From contig JBPOJJ010000001.1 of assembly GCA_052033715.1 (NCBI GenBank), positions 1,331 through 65,330 on the forward strand: a stretch of DNA of 64,000 nt, in the 5' to 3' direction. Under the pieces are notes generated by a model. It saw only the letters and a list, made by a program, of their open reading frames with translations, was not told the origin of the DNA and did no database searches. Origin of the DNA: Patescibacteria group bacterium (lineage in GTDB: Bacteria; Patescibacteriota; Minisyncoccia; Phycocordibacterales; CSBR16-119). The translations under genes and the position numbers were made by a program. Positions 61,199-64,000 of this stretch are shown here, piece after piece. The stretch's first letter is position 1, and every line of letters starts with the position of its first letter.

Positions 61199-62443
61199 TT
61201 AATGCATTTCCATGTCTTCTGACATATTTGTTTTAGTTTCAATTTTTTTAAATATCTCTGGGTTTTCATCCCCCGTTACTTCAAGTACTGCCCACGCACC
61301 TTTGTTCATCCTTGCAAGTGCGTGATCTACAAGTAAATATTTACCGGGAACATCAACAGTGAATTCTACAATACTCGCTCCACCAGGAAGTACAGCGGTT
61401 GCTTGTGTATTGTGTTCCATCGCACCACCTATACTTGCATTTGGATACACGGTATCAAAAATCTCACCAATTACATGGAAAGAAGAGATCAGATTTACTC
61501 CACCATTACCGACATACATACGAATTCTATCTCCCACTTTTGCTTGCATTCGTGGTGTTGTTTCAATGCGGCCATTGAAAGTTACATAATTGGGCTGTCC
61601 GTCCAAGAGTGCATCAGGGTCAAATGGTACCAGTCCTTTTTTCCCAAGTTGCCCCATAGTGTATAGCTCTCCTTGCATAACATAAAATTCTTTATCAACT
61701 TCTGTTAAACCTTCTTTTGGATCAACTAAAATCATTCCGTATTGGCCATGAGAATTATGTGTCGAAACATTTGGCATTGCGCAGTGATAAATATAAAGCC
61801 CTGGTGCAAGTGCTTTCCATCTAAATGTTTTTGTTTCTCCAGGTGATACATGAGTAACTGACGCTCCGCCTCCTGGGCCTGTAACTGCATGCAGATCTAT
61901 ATTGTGGTCATGTAGACTTGACGGGTCATTTGTCAGCGTTAATTCTACCGTGTCCCCCTCGCGTATACGAAGCATCGGACCAGGAACTTGTTTATTATAT
62001 GTCCAGTAGTTAAAATAAATTCCTGGAGACACCTCCGAAATTACTTCCTGTGCAGTCAGACTAATACGCACAATACCGTCTGCGTCAGGTGCTTGTGGTT
62101 TTTCTGGAACAACTGTCGGATCTGCACCAATATCTGCGACTTTATCGAAACGATTTTCATATCTCAAAAAATCTATAATTTTAGCAAATGGGATAGATGG
62201 AGGGAGTCCACCTGGAGCATGTGAATGTACAAATGCTGGCATTGCAAAATCAGGAGGATAAGTTTTGTTTGCCACGAGTCCTGTGAAAAAAGCAATCACA
62301 ATTAGGGACACTGGAACGAAAAGCCATTTTTGCTTAAAAATTGAATGGAAATGCCCTTGTTTCCATACATACCGCACAAGTATGACAAAGGCTATAAAAC
62401 CTACTATTCCAGATATCATTTCAAAAATAAGGTATTTGAACAT
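61199..62443 (-). CDS. nirK: Copper-containing nitrite reductase NirK (two-domain cupredoxin) with an N-terminal membrane anchor
   Basis: 414 aa. Type-2 Cu ligand region HNIDLHAVTGPGGG. Type-1 Cu ligand region YIYHCAMPNVSTHNSHGQYGMILV (C...H...M). N-terminal TM helices. Confidence 0.85.
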   Translation of the reverse strand: MFKYLIFEMISGIVGFIAFVILVRYVWKQGHFHSIFKQKWLFVPVSLIVIAFFTGLVANKTYPPDFAMPAFVHSHAPGGLPPSIPFAKIIDFLRYENRFDKVADIGADPTVVPEKPQAPDADGIVRISLTAQEVISEVSPGIYFNYWTYNKQVPGPMLRIREGDTVELTLTNDPSSLHDHNIDLHAVTGPGGGASVTHVSPGETKTFRWKALAPGLYIYHCAMPNVSTHNSHGQYGMILVDPKEGLTEVDKEFYVMQGELYTMGQLGKKGLVPFDPDALLDGQPNYVTFNGRIETTPRMQAKVGDRIRMYVGNGGVNLISSFHVIGEIFDTVYPNASIGGAMEHNTQATAVLPGGASIVEFTVDVPGKYLLVDHALARMNKGAWAVLEVTGDENPEIFKKIETKTNMSEDMEMH

Positions 62444-62455
62444 AAAGATTGGTGA

Positions 62456-62848
62456 TTATTTTGTAAAAGGTTTTTGAAAATTTTTATAGTTCAATTTGTT
62501 AAAAATTCCCGAGTAAATTTTTGTAAATACATGAGCCAGTTCATGCTTTATCAAATGAAAATACTCATCTTGAGAATATGTATGACAGCTCTCTTTTTCA
62601 TAAGAATCTTTATCTAGAATAAAAACATCTGTATTATTAACCCAACCAACTACCCAGTCCTGTGTTTTTTGCCCCATTAATGCATCAACTGATTTCCGAT
62701 TTTTAACAAGAAAGATTTTTGGCCTGTTCCTTTTCAAATTCAATCCAAAAAAAACGCCGAGTTCTCCTATAGATCTGTTATAAAATCTCTCCAGGAGTTT
62801 TTCATCACGAGACTGAACAGTAAATAATACCATAGTGCTATTATACAC
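62456..62848 (-). CDS. Small putative zinc metallohydrolase (HExxH motif)
   Basis: 130 aa with HELAHVF near the C-terminus. Directly downstream of, and co-directional with, the cd1-like gene and upstream of nirK. Confidence 0.45.
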   Translation of the reverse strand: MYNSTMVLFTVQSRDEKLLERFYNRSIGELGVFFGLNLKRNRPKIFLVKNRKSVDALMGQKTQDWVVGWVNNTDVFILDKDSYEKESCHTYSQDEYFHLIKHELAHVFTKIYSGIFNKLNYKNFQKPFTK

Positions 62849-62858
62849 GGAATTCTGT

Positions 62859-64000
62859 CTAGAGTCCTGGTTCTTCTATTCGCAAGCCAACATTCGATAC
62901 TGCTGATGGTGTATTCGCCTTGATTCTTTTTACCACCTCAAATGTATATGCGTCATACACCATAACCTCTCCACCTTCTTGGGAAACAACATACACAAAT
63001 TTTCCATCGTAGGTGAACTCTGGGTGCCATGAATTTTTTCCTTCCACAGGAAATAATGTCTTCACTATTTTATTTACACGAGCATCTATAACATAGATTT
63101 CATCTTTATGTTCACCAAAGGCAGTGTCGGCCCACACATAGGGATACTCTGGGTTTTTAGAATAACTACGAACGAAAAGACCTGGTCCGCCAGTTTTAAT
63201 ACTTGCAATCGGTTTCCATGTAGTCATGTCTATTGCAGTAATGAGACCTTCCTCGAGAGCTGGTATATATGTTGTGTTTTTCCATACTGCACCTGGCCCC
63301 GTGTGAGGTAATTTGCCAGTTGGAACTTCTCCGAAAACTTTCCATGTTTGAGTATTCAATACCCACACAGAATTCGCTCCTTGTGCTGCGACGACAAAAA
63401 ATTTCCCGTCAGGAGTTAGGAAGCCATCATGGAGCGGTGCTTTATTATTACCAATATTCGGATATTTATTTTTTACAACCCATTTTTTATCTGCATTCTG
63501 CTCGATGACCCATACACTGTTTACATCCTTGAGTGCGATGATAAAATCATGTTCTGATTCCACAACAACACCGACACGAGATCCAGTAATTTCATTGTCT
63601 ATTTCACCAGAAGTCTTGATGGTTTCAACAACAAGCATTGTTTCTGTATCTACTATTACCACATTATGTGGTTCATAATTACCAATAGCTAAAAATTTAT
63701 CATCATCAGTAAGTGCTGTTCCACGAGAATTTTCACCTACACGAATAGAGATAACTGGATCCAGTGTCGTAATATCAATCTTACTAAGCCATCCATCTCG
63801 AGAGATGATGTACATGTATTTTTTATCAGAAGAAAACACTGATGTGTGAGGTTGAAATCCTATGTCGTGTATCCGACCGATTTCTGTATGAGTTTTTCCA
63901 TCTATAAAAAGAAGTTTTTCTGCATCTTTTTCTACCACTACCATTAATTCATCTGGATTCCATGACATACTTGGCACATATAATTCTTTTTTAGGATTAA
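62859..64000 (-). CDS. Cytochrome cd1 nitrite reductase-family beta-propeller protein (NirS/NirN/NirF-like d1 domain); 5' end beyond the window
   Basis: The reading frame stays open to the window edge (...LILKKELYVPSMSWNPDE...). Repeated propeller motifs resemble the NirS d1 domain (KYMYIISRDGWLSKIDI; KFLAIGNYEPHNVVIVDTETMLVV; GKFFVVAAQGANSVWVLN). Confidence 0.55.
   Translation of the reverse strand, partial: NPKKELYVPSMSWNPDELMVVVEKDAEKLLFIDGKTHTEIGRIHDIGFQPHTSVFSSDKKYMYIISRDGWLSKIDITTLDPVISIRVGENSRGTALTDDDKFLAIGNYEPHNVVIVDTETMLVVETIKTSGEIDNEITGSRVGVVVESEHDFIIALKDVNSVWVIEQNADKKWVVKNKYPNIGNNKAPLHDGFLTPDGKFFVVAAQGANSVWVLNTQTWKVFGEVPTGKLPHTGPGAVWKNTTYIPALEEGLITAIDMTTWKPIASIKTGGPGLFVRSYSKNPEYPYVWADTAFGEHKDEIYVIDARVNKIVKTLFPVEGKNSWHPEFTYDGKFVYVVSQEGGEVMVYDAYTFEVVKRIKANTPSAVSNVGLRIEEPGL

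Noticed and set aside
1-64000. CRISPR arrays, transposases, integrases, phage structural genes
   Set aside because: Looked for short direct repeats with regular spacing and for DDE or tyrosine-recombinase-like ORFs. None were found. The only repeats are the inverted repeats and terminators listed above.

Overview
This 64-kb window reads as a gene-dense chromosomal segment of a low-to-moderate-GC bacterium with a streamlined proteome, consistent with a CPR/Patescibacteria-like organism. That lineage call is inference from truncated enzymes, not a database hit: a 558-aa AlaRS without the C-Ala domain, a 721-aa ValRS, a 497-aa Rsh without ACT, and a 35-residue-class L36 of the zinc-independent type. 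No transposase, integrase or CRISPR array is visible.

Conserved backbone, in order:
- dnaK (3' partial) and grpE on the minus strand, with a divergent wHTH regulator.
- The tail of the ribosomal alpha operon: infA, rpmJ, rpsM, rpsK, rpsD, rpoA, rplQ, then rplM and rpsI, all minus.
- alaS, mnmA, a DEDDh exonuclease, mltG, rseP, frr, holB and mreB.
- A six-gene peptidoglycan-precursor operon, murA-murB-murE-murD-murC-murF, with 4-nt overlaps.
- A degenerate priA, then rpsU-ybeY-ftsA-ftsZ.
- trxB followed by an isoprenoid/carotenoid cluster: GGPP synthase, phytoene/squalene synthase, a CrtI-type desaturase, and a convergent UbiA prenyltransferase.
- An ECF sigma / anti-sigma / secreted-protein operon.
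- Six tRNAs: Glu, Val, Phe, Arg, Leu and Trp.
- tsaD, valS, a PrsW-like protease, Hsp20, a glutaredoxin, ftsB, lepA, rsh, parB, miaA and an SNase-like nuclease.
- A copper nitrite reductase (nirK) next to a partial cd1-NirS-like beta-propeller gene at the window edge.

The most unusual feature is a mosaic of roughly 10-12 short, GC-elevated, single-gene cassettes (about 50-60% GC against about 40% backbone). Each carries its own GC-rich stem-loop terminator. They sit between or inside conserved operons and are often next to tRNA genes.

Several non-coding regions have promoter-plus-terminator or inverted-repeat architecture that suggests small or structured RNAs and operators.
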